IMG/VR virus record: IMGVR_UViG_3300025433_000326
Coordinates: 1-54,648 of that record
Reading direction: 5' to 3' (one strand)
DNA from: a virus
Taxonomy: Duplodnaviria > Caudoviricetes
Length of the DNA stretch: 54,648 bases
Every line of letters begins with the position of its first letter. Position 1 is the first letter of the stretch. A program made the translations under genes and the position numbers. The notes beneath the pieces are model-generated. The model searched no databases. It was not told where the DNA came from and saw only the letters and a list, made by a program, of their open reading frames with translations. Shown piece by piece: positions 8,465 through 17,810 of this stretch.

Positions 8465-11400
8465 AACATCCCCTCCCGCTCCCTGGTGACGAATACCTGG
8501 CCGAGCTGCTGGGATGGACGCCAGAGCAACTGCTGCAATACCAAACCGAACGCTGGCAGGCGGCGGCACAAGCTCCCGCGCCCCTGGTGGTCTGCGAGCC
8601 GATCTCAGGAACACTGGCGGTCATCTCGTTGGTGACCACAATTCTGTCGGTCGGCTACACCCTGCTCAGCCTGCTGCTGGCTCCAAAGCAGCGGCGGCCT
8701 GGAGAGATCAGGAGCACCCAGCGGCAGGGCGACACGATCAGCGACAGCGGCCGGTACTCTCCACGCCCTGGCTTTGATTCAACCCAGGAGGTCGCCAGGC
8801 TCGGCACTGTGATTCCCGTCACGTTCGCCCGCCGCGAGTTCCTTCCCGCGCTGAATGGACGCCCTGAAGGCTTCTACGGGGGCATTCGGATCAATGCGGG
8901 CCTGGTCTGGTCCCAGATGTTCAGCCTCGGCGGCTCTCAGTTGTTCCGTGGCGTCTACGTGCTGGGGGAGGCGCCGATCGCCAGCGTTGACCCGCAAGGA
9001 TTTGCGCTCGGCAACAACCCGCTGCGCTCCTACGACCTGGGCACGGACGGGGCCAACGAGGCCGCGGCGCGCCTGACGATCTACAGCCGGCCGGGTGGAG
9101 GCCGCATCCTTGGCACCGATCGAGTGGCGGGCCGGCTGGCCTCTGCTGATCTAGGCAATGTAGAGAATGCCGGCGGTGCGGACGTGTTTCAGCTGGGCAG
9201 CCTCGGCAATGCCATATTGCCGGATGCCTGCGCAACAGGCCGGCCCAGCACGTCCACCTCCTTCGGCCTTTACGCCACCGTGGCCAACGGCCTTGGCTAT
9301 CGGGTGAACCCCCAGCTCCGGCCCACGCGAGTGATGACGGCCAAGCCCTCTGGGAATGACGGAGATCAACGGCTTGATCCAACTGACGACGTGGTGGCCC
9401 TGGGCGCGCTCTGGAAAGCTCGGAGCATGTGGAGCGGCCGCAGCGGCATCACCACCACCAGTAGAGGCTGGGTGAGCAATTCCGCCACCCTGGAGATCGG
9501 CGACAGCTTCCTTTATCTCCTGTCGAACACCACCGACGCAAAAACCCAGTTCCAATTCGACGGCTCCCAGACAGACAGCGACCAGAAGCATCGCGAGACA
9601 TTTTCGGACGTGGCTGTGGCAATCAGCAGCCGCCAGCGTTCAGCAGATGACGCCCTGCTTATTGGCGACATCTACAAGGCCGGCAGCTGCCTGGCGGTGC
9701 TGGAAACTCGCACTCCTAGCGCCGATGTTTTTGTGAGCGACGCCGACAACGAGCCGGTAGGAGGTGGCCAGCAGATGGTTTGCCTGTTCCGGGTCATTCG
9801 CGGCGGAATCGTCAACGAGACAACGGACAACGAAATCAATCCATCAACCAGTGGAGGCAGAACAGAGCCGCGGGTGGCGGATGAAAGTGATAATTGGGAT
9901 TGGGCCAGCATTGATCCAGGGCCCCGCTACCCGACCGGCACCAGCCGGGGCCATTTGCATCGCTGCGCCATAGCTGACTTCACCCTGGCTCGCCCTGCCC
10001 AGGTGATTGAGATTGGCTTCCGCAGCACCGTAGGGATTCGCGGCCAGGGCTTCGCCAACGTTCGCCAGATCCCCAGCCTGCGCGAGATCAACAAAAAGGC
10101 GGGCGGTGAGCGAGAGGGGGAAATCCTGGAATCAGGCGACAAGCTTGAAATCTCATCGTTCCAGACCGGCACCCGTTCGTTCAGTGAGGAACGATATTCG
10201 TTCTTTCGTGTTTCGTATCGGGCAGAGGCCGGGGCGACCTTCACTGAATTGCCCACGATCTACGGGGTGCGCGGCCTCACCCAGCAGCCTCAGTACAACT
10301 ATATGCGGCTGCAGATGCCCAGCGCGGCCCGTTGGCAATACCGCATTGAACCGCTCAGTGGCTGGGAGATCCGATCAGGGGCACAGGCTGGGAGCATGGC
10401 GGTTCTGGACGCCCGGCGCAGCGTAATCGAATCTGTGCAGAGCTTTACTGATGGCGCGGTTGCTGTCACCTACACCGGGGAGGCACCGTTTACCCGTTCT
10501 GTCGAGCGCTTTTCCCTCGACTCCATTGAGCCCAACGAACGGAGCTCGCTGGTCGGCTTGGCAACGCAGACCAACAACGATCGCGGGAGGCCTGGGACAT
10601 ATACCAATGCCGTCATCCTGCAGGACGGGGAGGCAACCAACTCGCGAGCCACGGTGGTGGTGCCCACTGATGGCAACTTTGATGATTTGGCAATCACGAT
10701 CACGGAGGCAGGCAACGACTACAACGGCGATGACGCCCTGACCTTGATCAACGGGGACAGCGGGAGCAGCAGTGTGCTCAGCACCCGCTCATTTCAGCTG
10801 GCGCCAACCAGCATCGCCTTCGGATTTGGTGTGCTGAGTGTCCCAGAAAACACGGTTAGACCGCGGACAGGAAGCCGGGTCAGCTTTTCGGGCACTCTCC
10901 CCGCCGAGCTTGAAACGGGCCGCACCTACTGGGTGGGCGCGTTGCTGAGTGGCAATGGGTTCGTTGTCTCAGCGACAGATGGCGGCTCTTTGGTCCTGGT
11001 CGGCCTGGGCGGAAGCAGCAGCGCAATGACCTGCACCCAATGGGTGGATGCGTTCACGCTGACCGCCGCTTCGGCCGGCCCTTTCACGGTGGTGGGAGGC
11101 CCGGCCGTTCCCGCGGTTGACACCCCAATCGAGTTCGACTCGACCGGCACCCTTCCTTCCCCTCTCGTTGCTGATACCGAATACTTTGTTCACAGCGTTG
11201 GCGCTACAACGTTTCTCGTTTCCGCCACCGTTGGCGGTTCATCCATCAGCCTCTCGACGGCCGGCACGGGCGTGATCACCGGCCGGATCAGCAACGCCAC
11301 GAACTGGGTTGGCGCTCCGCTGCTGGGCAAAACGGACATTGGCATTGGCTGGAGCGATGAAGACGCCCTCACCGATAAGTGGGCGAAGGTGGCGGAGGTG

Positions 11401-12630
11401 TTTGTCTACGACGAAATCCAGACCAGCGCATCCGTGGGCCCGGAGCATGAAATCGCCTATGTGAACGTCATCCAGACCAACGCCGTCGCCCCGAGCTACC
11501 GCAACCTGGCCGGGCTGGGCCTCTCCATCCGCAGCTCCCTCGAGTTCAGCTCTGTTGGCCAGTTCTCTGCGCAGCTGCTCGGCGGGCACAGCGCTGAGCG
11601 CTACCTCGAAGAAACAGCTGGGCCCAGCCATCTGCTGCCAGATGCGTTTCGCACTCTTGCGTTAAGCCCTGATTTTGGCGGCGGCCTGGAGGTTGCCCCT
11701 GATCAGATCAACGAGCCCAGCTCTGTGGTGGCCGCTCAATGGTGCTTCGATCGCCGCTACTTCTTCGATGGCACCCTGGGCACCCCAGAGAACCTGAGAG
11801 GGTGGGCAGCTGAGCAGGCCCCGTTGCATCTGCTCGCCTTCTATGAGCTCAATGGCCAGTTCTATTGGAAGCCAGCGATCACCTGGGACCCGGTGCCAAT
11901 CGTTGACCTGTTCACGGCGGCGAACATCAAGCCCGGCAGCTTCAAATCAACAACCAGCGACGACGACCAGCGCCGCCCGATCCAGGTTTCAGGCGCCTAC
12001 CGCGATGAACGGGCCAACGATGACATCCAGGCGCCGGGCATGTTTGCCACAGCGCGAGAGATCACGATCCGGGAGGCCTCCGGCAGCGACAGCGACCCGA
12101 TCGAGCCGCTCGACATCACCGACAGCTGCACCAACCGGTGGCACCTGCTCGACGCAATGAAGTTCTTGATCCGCTGGCGCCGGCTGGTGGGTGATCCGAT
12201 CAGCTTCGAGACAAATTACTCTGGCCTGCTCCGCCCTATCAGCCCAGAAGACCATATCGCCGTGGCTTACGACGAAGTGCTCGATGAGCTCTATTCCAAC
12301 GGCGCCGTGTTGGCAGATGGAACGCTGATCGCCACCGAACCACTGGCGGATGGATCCTACGAAGTGCTGGCATGGGACGGGATCACGCTGCCAGGCCCCA
12401 CGATCCAAACCCTCACCGTTACCGACCAAGGGAAGACCGGCTCACCGGTGGGCATCAACTGGACCCGCACCGCGCCGCCCCAGGTGCGAACCTACCGGGT
12501 AATGCGGGTGTCTCCCACGGATGACGGCCGCCTGCGGATCGAGGCCCTGCTGATGCCCACCGATGATGAAGGGCGCCTGCTGATCTCCCTAGATTGGGAC
12601 GATGAAGATGCCTGGGTGATTCGAGGCTGA
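8461..12630 (+). CDS. central tail hub / host-specificity protein (gpI/gpJ-like)
   Basis: About 1390 aa, N-terminal hydrophobic segment, GTVIPVTF, YVLGEAPI, LFTAANIKPGSF; ATGA overlap at 8461. Confidence 0.8.
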   Translation: MKHPLPLPGDEYLAELLGWTPEQLLQYQTERWQAAAQAPAPLVVCEPISGTLAVISLVTTILSVGYTLLSLLLAPKQRRPGEIRSTQRQGDTISDSGRYSPRPGFDSTQEVARLGTVIPVTFARREFLPALNGRPEGFYGGIRINAGLVWSQMFSLGGSQLFRGVYVLGEAPIASVDPQGFALGNNPLRSYDLGTDGANEAAARLTIYSRPGGGRILGTDRVAGRLASADLGNVENAGGADVFQLGSLGNAILPDACATGRPSTSTSFGLYATVANGLGYRVNPQLRPTRVMTAKPSGNDGDQRLDPTDDVVALGALWKARSMWSGRSGITTTSRGWVSNSATLEIGDSFLYLLSNTTDAKTQFQFDGSQTDSDQKHRETFSDVAVAISSRQRSADDALLIGDIYKAGSCLAVLETRTPSADVFVSDADNEPVGGGQQMVCLFRVIRGGIVNETTDNEINPSTSGGRTEPRVADESDNWDWASIDPGPRYPTGTSRGHLHRCAIADFTLARPAQVIEIGFRSTVGIRGQGFANVRQIPSLREINKKAGGEREGEILESGDKLEISSFQTGTRSFSEERYSFFRVSYRAEAGATFTELPTIYGVRGLTQQPQYNYMRLQMPSAARWQYRIEPLSGWEIRSGAQAGSMAVLDARRSVIESVQSFTDGAVAVTYTGEAPFTRSVERFSLDSIEPNERSSLVGLATQTNNDRGRPGTYTNAVILQDGEATNSRATVVVPTDGNFDDLAITITEAGNDYNGDDALTLINGDSGSSSVLSTRSFQLAPTSIAFGFGVLSVPENTVRPRTGSRVSFSGTLPAELETGRTYWVGALLSGNGFVVSATDGGSLVLVGLGGSSSAMTCTQWVDAFTLTAASAGPFTVVGGPAVPAVDTPIEFDSTGTLPSPLVADTEYFVHSVGATTFLVSATVGGSSISLSTAGTGVITGRISNATNWVGAPLLGKTDIGIGWSDEDALTDKWAKVAEVFVYDEIQTSASVGPEHEIAYVNVIQTNAVAPSYRNLAGLGLSIRSSLEFSSVGQFSAQLLGGHSAERYLEETAGPSHLLPDAFRTLALSPDFGGGLEVAPDQINEPSSVVAAQWCFDRRYFFDGTLGTPENLRGWAAEQAPLHLLAFYELNGQFYWKPAITWDPVPIVDLFTAANIKPGSFKSTTSDDDQRRPIQVSGAYRDERANDDIQAPGMFATAREITIREASGSDSDPIEPLDITDSCTNRWHLLDAMKFLIRWRRLVGDPISFETNYSGLLRPISPEDHIAVAYDEVLDELYSNGAVLADGTLIATEPLADGSYEVLAWDGITLPGPTIQTLTVTDQGKTGSPVGINWTRTAPPQVRTYRVMRVSPTDDGRLRIEALLMPTDDEGRLLISLDWDDEDAWVIRG

Positions 12631-13049
12631 TGGCGATCGATTTCCCTGCTGTCGAACCCACCCGCTTTGGGTTCCTGATGCCTCGCCATCCGGTCACCAG
12701 CAGCGGAAGCGAGAACGGCATTCAGGATCAACGGCTCTGGGCCAGTGTGGCGAGCGGCGCCCAGCTCGATCTTGAGTTTGGGAACATCAGAACAGCAACG
12801 GCTCAGCTGATCCTGGCCACCTTCAACAGCAGCCTGTCTGGCGTGTTGCCGCTCACCTTGCCGGCGATCCTGTTTGCTGGCATCGGTCCAGAAGAGGTGA
12901 CCTTCATTGAAAGCCTGACCACGGCCGCCGGGCAGAGCTGGTATTGGCCTGTCGGCCAGGGAGCTCCTACCCCGAAGATGTCCCTCACCTACCGCCGCCG
13001 CTGCTCATTGGCCGTGATGCTGGAGGCCAGGCTGCAGAACAGCCCGTAA
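12630..13049 (+). CDS. putative distal-tail-like protein
   Basis: Coupled to the hub gene; FPAVEPTR...LDLEFGNI...W pattern. Confidence 0.55.
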   Translation: MAIDFPAVEPTRFGFLMPRHPVTSSGSENGIQDQRLWASVASGAQLDLEFGNIRTATAQLILATFNSSLSGVLPLTLPAILFAGIGPEEVTFIESLTTAAGQSWYWPVGQGAPTPKMSLTYRRRCSLAVMLEARLQNSP

Positions 13050-13098
13050 GGCTTCACCGGGGCCCTAGCTTGCTCTTAGCAGGGTGACAGGGCTACGG

Positions 13099-13497
13099 AT
13101 GGGCGTTCGCAATACCACCAAGTCCGATGTCTATTACAACGGGCAGCTGGTCGGGAAGCTCACCGATGCGTCTGTAAGCGTCAGCCGGGACAACCTCCCC
13201 ACCACTGGAGTGGGTCAGCAGGCGGCCACCTCCGCCAAGGGCCTGCGCGAAAGCCAGGTCAGTTGCACCTTCATCTACGACCCGGACAACAGCGCAGGGG
13301 TGGCCCTGGCTAACTCCATCTGGAACGATGATGAGGAGGTAGAGACGCTCCGAATCGTCACGCAGCGCGGCAACACTCGCGCCGACTTCACCATGGAGGT
13401 GATCAGCGTCAGCCTCGGCACACCGGTGCGAGTGCGCGAGCTCATCAACTGCTCCATGCAGCTCGCTGTTCAAGGTGATTTGAGCGGGAGGTTCTGA
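13099..13497 (+). CDS. tail-tube-like small structural protein
   Basis: Beta-rich; pattern VGKL..SVS...TT...GLRE...C.F.YD resembles the tail tube fold. Confidence 0.5.
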   Translation: MGVRNTTKSDVYYNGQLVGKLTDASVSVSRDNLPTTGVGQQAATSAKGLRESQVSCTFIYDPDNSAGVALANSIWNDDEEVETLRIVTQRGNTRADFTMEVISVSLGTPVRVRELINCSMQLAVQGDLSGRF

Positions 13498-13500
13498 TCG

Positions 13501-14583
13501 GTGGCCATTGACGGCGAGATTGGCACCGTCCAGTTCTCTCGGACCTGGCCCGAGCCGGTCCTAATCACTGATGAAGCCATCACCGCACCCGGCGCCATCG
13601 TGCGCCTGAGGATGGACGCGGAAGGCTTCTGGAACGGCGATCACGTCCTGCTTTCTTCACCCCTCGGCCTCCCGTTCGATGTCTCCGGCACTGGGTATGC
13701 CAACACCCCGGATGGCCACACCTTCTGGGGCACCGCAGGGGGCCCCGCTGGGCCCGCCACCCTGCACCGGACAGATGACACCGGCCCATTCTGGAGCGAT
13801 GACGACGCCGATCCCTTCTGGGAGGATGCCAGCACCACCGGCCTGACCACCCAGCTGGGCGCCTACATCCATCGCAATGACCTGGAGCAGGCCACCTTCT
13901 ACAGCCTGGAGGCGCCCGCCGTGAACGGCGAGGCCCTGGGTCGAATCCCGCTGTTCCCTGTCGGCTTTGATGCCATGGTGATCAGCGTGTTTGCCACTGC
14001 ACCCGGTTACCAGAGCGATCTACTGCAGGCCGCGGCATCCGTAGAGCGCCCTGAGTGGAGAGAGTCACTGCTCAGCGACCTGATTGCCTTGCCGGCCTCT
14101 GTCAAAGAAGCTGCGGCAGAAGCCGACACCCGCGGGTGGAAGGTGATGGCGGATCTGAGCGGTTGGGATCTGGAAACGGATTGCGGGGCCCTGGATCAAG
14201 CGGCGATCGGCGAAGCGTTTGGATCGGTGGCCGTCAGCCAATTAAGCGGTGCCGGGAGCTTCATGGGCGAGGTGTCCAACACCTACGCCCCTGGCATCAC
14301 AGTGGCCGCCAAGATGCTGCACCTGCAGCTCCTGACCCAGCAGGGCGCATCGGCCACCGTGCGCTTCCTGGTGGCCGATGGCGGCCGCGGACACAGCAAT
14401 GGCGTCTGCTTCATCAAGGAAGAGTGCTTATTTTATGAAATGGACGTGCTGCTGACGAATGTTCGCCTGAGCACTCAGACAGGAGACACCAAAAAGGTGC
14501 GCGGACAATTTGCCAGCATTGGTGGAATCCGCTTTGTTGTCGCTGATCGGAGCCATCCTTTGGCGATAGCGAGCTTGGCCTAG
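13501..14583 (+). CDS. virion structural protein, C-terminal tube-like domain
   Basis: 360 aa in the tail operon; WDLET...LD...LSGAGSF...F...G.I pattern. Confidence 0.55.
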   Translation: MAIDGEIGTVQFSRTWPEPVLITDEAITAPGAIVRLRMDAEGFWNGDHVLLSSPLGLPFDVSGTGYANTPDGHTFWGTAGGPAGPATLHRTDDTGPFWSDDDADPFWEDASTTGLTTQLGAYIHRNDLEQATFYSLEAPAVNGEALGRIPLFPVGFDAMVISVFATAPGYQSDLLQAAASVERPEWRESLLSDLIALPASVKEAAAEADTRGWKVMADLSGWDLETDCGALDQAAIGEAFGSVAVSQLSGAGSFMGEVSNTYAPGITVAAKMLHLQLLTQQGASATVRFLVADGGRGHSNGVCFIKEECLFYEMDVLLTNVRLSTQTGDTKKVRGQFASIGGIRFVVADRSHPLAIASLA

Positions 14584-14606
14584 CCTGAAGTCAACAGCAA
14601 CAGGTC

Positions 14607-17600
14607 ATGGCCCGGATCAGTCTGGCGAACGCCGCATCGGGGATTCTCAACGCTTTTGGCCCCAGCGGTCAGGCCAGGGCAAAACCCCAACTTGCAGCGA
14701 TGGCGGATCTGCTGCGCCAGCTCGTTGGAGATGCGAACGTCGCGCCGGGTTCAGGGGAATCGATAGACCCGTTGCAGGCCCCCTTCACCCTTTACGTCAA
14801 CCCGTTCATCGGAAGTGATCAGTTTGTAGCTGGCTATTACAACAGCTTCGAGACTACGGGCACTGATCAGCAGATCATTGACCAGAAGCTGAAGAGGATC
14901 AGCAACCAGCAGATGACCTGCGGCTACAGCGCGCACCGGCCATTCCGCACCATCAACCGAGCGCTGCTGGAAGCTGTCATTATCACCTCCAGGAGTTACT
15001 ACACGTTCGCATCGGCTGCCGCGCAGGTTGATTGCGTTCGTGTGTGCCTGTCTGATGCACAGCACCTTTATTACACAGAACCGCCAACTGGTACGCCCAC
15101 GGTTTGGACTGATGGCTACACGCCTACGAAAGCCGATCTGATCAATTTCAACCCAGCTGGTGGGGGCGTTATCGCACCTCGATACACGTCAATTTCAGGC
15201 AACGACTACCGCAAGTGTGTCATCCGACCCTCCTGGACGCCGCCGGCTGCTGACCTGGCTGCCGATTACTCCAATGCTGTGGCATTGCTGCAGGTTACCA
15301 CCAGCGCCTACTTCCGTGAGATCACGTTCCAGGACAAACTGGGGCAGAACGAATCCGATCACCTTGCTTATTGCTCTGGCCCGGCAAGCGCCGCCGCCCT
15401 AGATGCCCTCTACGCCAAGGCCCTAGCAGCGTTCGGCACCGTGGCCGATCTGAACCCGGCGCTGGTGGTAACCCGCCCAACCGAATACGAAACCGTGGGA
15501 CCATTCCCCGGCAACCCACAGCTGTCATGGGACACTGTTGTGGGGGCAAGTCCTTATATCTTGAACTGCGCCAATCGCTCTCAGTGGGGCCGTGGCGGAG
15601 TGCTTTGGGATGGCGCCAAGTTGGGTGGCCTGAAATCGTTTGTCACCGCTCAGTTCACCAATACGAGCGAACAGAACGACGTCAATTCCTGGGAGGTTTA
15701 TAACGGCAGCAACTGGGTAACTCCAGCGGATTACGACGCCCTGATTGCGGCTGATCCCAATGATACCCGCGCCAAGTTTGCTCGTAGTTCCCGGCACATA
15801 ACCTGCATCAATGATGGCTTTGTTCAGGAAGTCAGCATCTTCGCTATTGGCACCAACTACCACAACCTTGTTGATACTGGCGGGGAGATCACCAGCTCTA
15901 ACGGAAACAACACGTTTGGTGGTTGTGGGGCGTTGGCAACTGGCTATAAGTCTGCCGCCTTCCCGCAAGATAAGAACTGGGACACAAGTGCAGTATCAGT
16001 ACCGCTGACGCCTTCAGTCAAGACCAACAACATCCGCCGGATCTTTATCGGGACTGTTTCGGAGGTTTATACTGACGATGGCGGTCTGATACTGGAGGGG
16101 CCGGCTGATATTACATCACTTGAGGCGTCAGGCTATAGCCTCGCCCCTGGCACTCAAATATGGTGCGAAACCCCTGCGGATCTCACTGATCCAGTCAGGG
16201 CTACGCTGAATGGATCGCCGTTCAACCCGGCTTTCCCTGACACCATCGGCTTTGTTACAGGCGGTGGCAACAACTTCCCAGCCGATGGCGTGGGCATGGT
16301 TGGGCGACGTGTCTATGTGCGCCGCCTGGTAGACATCAGGGCCACAAGCGAACGCCGCGCTGAATTGGTACTAGGCAATACTGCCAACAGCCGCATCCCT
16401 GAAACCAATTTTGTCCTGCAAACTGACCCGTCCAGGACGGGAGCAGGGGCACTGTTTAATGCCACAACTGAAGTTCTGACTTGCTACAGCTCAAGCAAGA
16501 CATTCCTTTCGGGGATTGACCTAGCCGTCCGCGTTGTTGTCCAGCAGGGCTCTTACGCCGCCAACTACGCCAACGGCGGATATTACAGGGCTGGGCAGAT
16601 AGTCTCCTACGCCAACAAAAAGTGGATGGCCCTGCTGGATGGCTACTCCGTAGGCACTCCACCGCCAGAAGACCGGTGGGGGCAAACGCATGTCCACACG
16701 CAATCAGGCTTCATCCCCGAGGGCATTGCTGGCGCCGAGGGTTTTCCGATCGTATTCGACACCGACACCGACACAGCAGTTATCAGCACCACTTTGGGAA
16801 TCAATTGGGGAACGATTTTCACTAGCTCCGGCTCTGTCCGTGATCAATACCGCTCCGGCCCTGACTATCTCGGCCTCCATGCCTTCCTGCGGGCGCTGGG
16901 CTTCAGCGATGCCAACGCCCACACCGCGCTCCTGCCCCGCGTGGAGGCTGATCGGCAGCTTGATCCGACCTCGGCCACCGACTTTCCCACGGCCCCATCT
17001 GGAGGGGCTGCTACAGGCCGCGCCAATTGGCCGCTGGAGTTCCGCCGCCCGAGCACATTGCGTCTCAGCAACCATACCTGGGAGTGGTCTGGATGGGGAA
17101 ATTATAGCAAAGCCTTGCCTATTGCGCAGAAGCCGCTATCAGCGCAAAACAGGTTTTCTTACTACTTCACCAACACCGCAGGGGGCCGTGTAGTACCCGC
17201 CGGAGAAAATGAAGATGGTTACAGGGTATCCCCCCGAGGACTGGAGAACATTCAGACTGGGGCGATCCTTGCGGTTAATGACATTCAAGGTGGGCCGCTG
17301 GATGCTCCGCTTGCATTTGACCCGAATCCAACATTTGGCAATTTAACCGTCACAAATAGCCTTGACATCAGGGGGGCCACTTTCCTGACTGATGATGGCC
17401 CATACCTACCTGTTATTGGTGATGCGACCGCTGAAGTGAGGCTGCGCAGGCTAGGGATAAACGCAGATGATGACCCCGATTTTGATCTGTTCCTGAATGG
17501 CTCCGCCAGGGGCAATGTTGTTGACCTCGGAAGTGGTACTGCAATCAACTGCCAACTGGGTAACTATTTCACCCGAGCCATGGCTGGCAACCTGACCTTT

Positions 17601-17810
17601 ACGTTTGTCAATCCACCAGCTGTTGGTCGATTCTCTTTTAGCCTCCATATTGTCTATACAAGCGGTACTCTCACGTTCCCTGCGAGCTTGCGCCACGTAT
17701 TCGACATCTTGCCAGACCTAATAGCAGGTCAAACCTACTTGTTCGTTATCAGCACCATTGACGGCGGCACCCGCTGGCTTTGTGACACCCGTAACTGGCC
17801 GACAGCATGA
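14607..17810 (+). CDS. tail fibre / tailspike
   Basis: 1067 aa; TLYVNP...PFRTINRAL head followed by a beta-helix-like region; C-terminal GNYFT...STIDGGTRW module. Confidence 0.75.
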   Translation: MARISLANAASGILNAFGPSGQARAKPQLAAMADLLRQLVGDANVAPGSGESIDPLQAPFTLYVNPFIGSDQFVAGYYNSFETTGTDQQIIDQKLKRISNQQMTCGYSAHRPFRTINRALLEAVIITSRSYYTFASAAAQVDCVRVCLSDAQHLYYTEPPTGTPTVWTDGYTPTKADLINFNPAGGGVIAPRYTSISGNDYRKCVIRPSWTPPAADLAADYSNAVALLQVTTSAYFREITFQDKLGQNESDHLAYCSGPASAAALDALYAKALAAFGTVADLNPALVVTRPTEYETVGPFPGNPQLSWDTVVGASPYILNCANRSQWGRGGVLWDGAKLGGLKSFVTAQFTNTSEQNDVNSWEVYNGSNWVTPADYDALIAADPNDTRAKFARSSRHITCINDGFVQEVSIFAIGTNYHNLVDTGGEITSSNGNNTFGGCGALATGYKSAAFPQDKNWDTSAVSVPLTPSVKTNNIRRIFIGTVSEVYTDDGGLILEGPADITSLEASGYSLAPGTQIWCETPADLTDPVRATLNGSPFNPAFPDTIGFVTGGGNNFPADGVGMVGRRVYVRRLVDIRATSERRAELVLGNTANSRIPETNFVLQTDPSRTGAGALFNATTEVLTCYSSSKTFLSGIDLAVRVVVQQGSYAANYANGGYYRAGQIVSYANKKWMALLDGYSVGTPPPEDRWGQTHVHTQSGFIPEGIAGAEGFPIVFDTDTDTAVISTTLGINWGTIFTSSGSVRDQYRSGPDYLGLHAFLRALGFSDANAHTALLPRVEADRQLDPTSATDFPTAPSGGAATGRANWPLEFRRPSTLRLSNHTWEWSGWGNYSKALPIAQKPLSAQNRFSYYFTNTAGGRVVPAGENEDGYRVSPRGLENIQTGAILAVNDIQGGPLDAPLAFDPNPTFGNLTVTNSLDIRGATFLTDDGPYLPVIGDATAEVRLRRLGINADDDPDFDLFLNGSARGNVVDLGSGTAINCQLGNYFTRAMAGNLTFTFVNPPAVGRFSFSLHIVYTSGTLTFPASLRHVFDILPDLIAGQTYLFVISTIDGGTRWLCDTRNWPTA

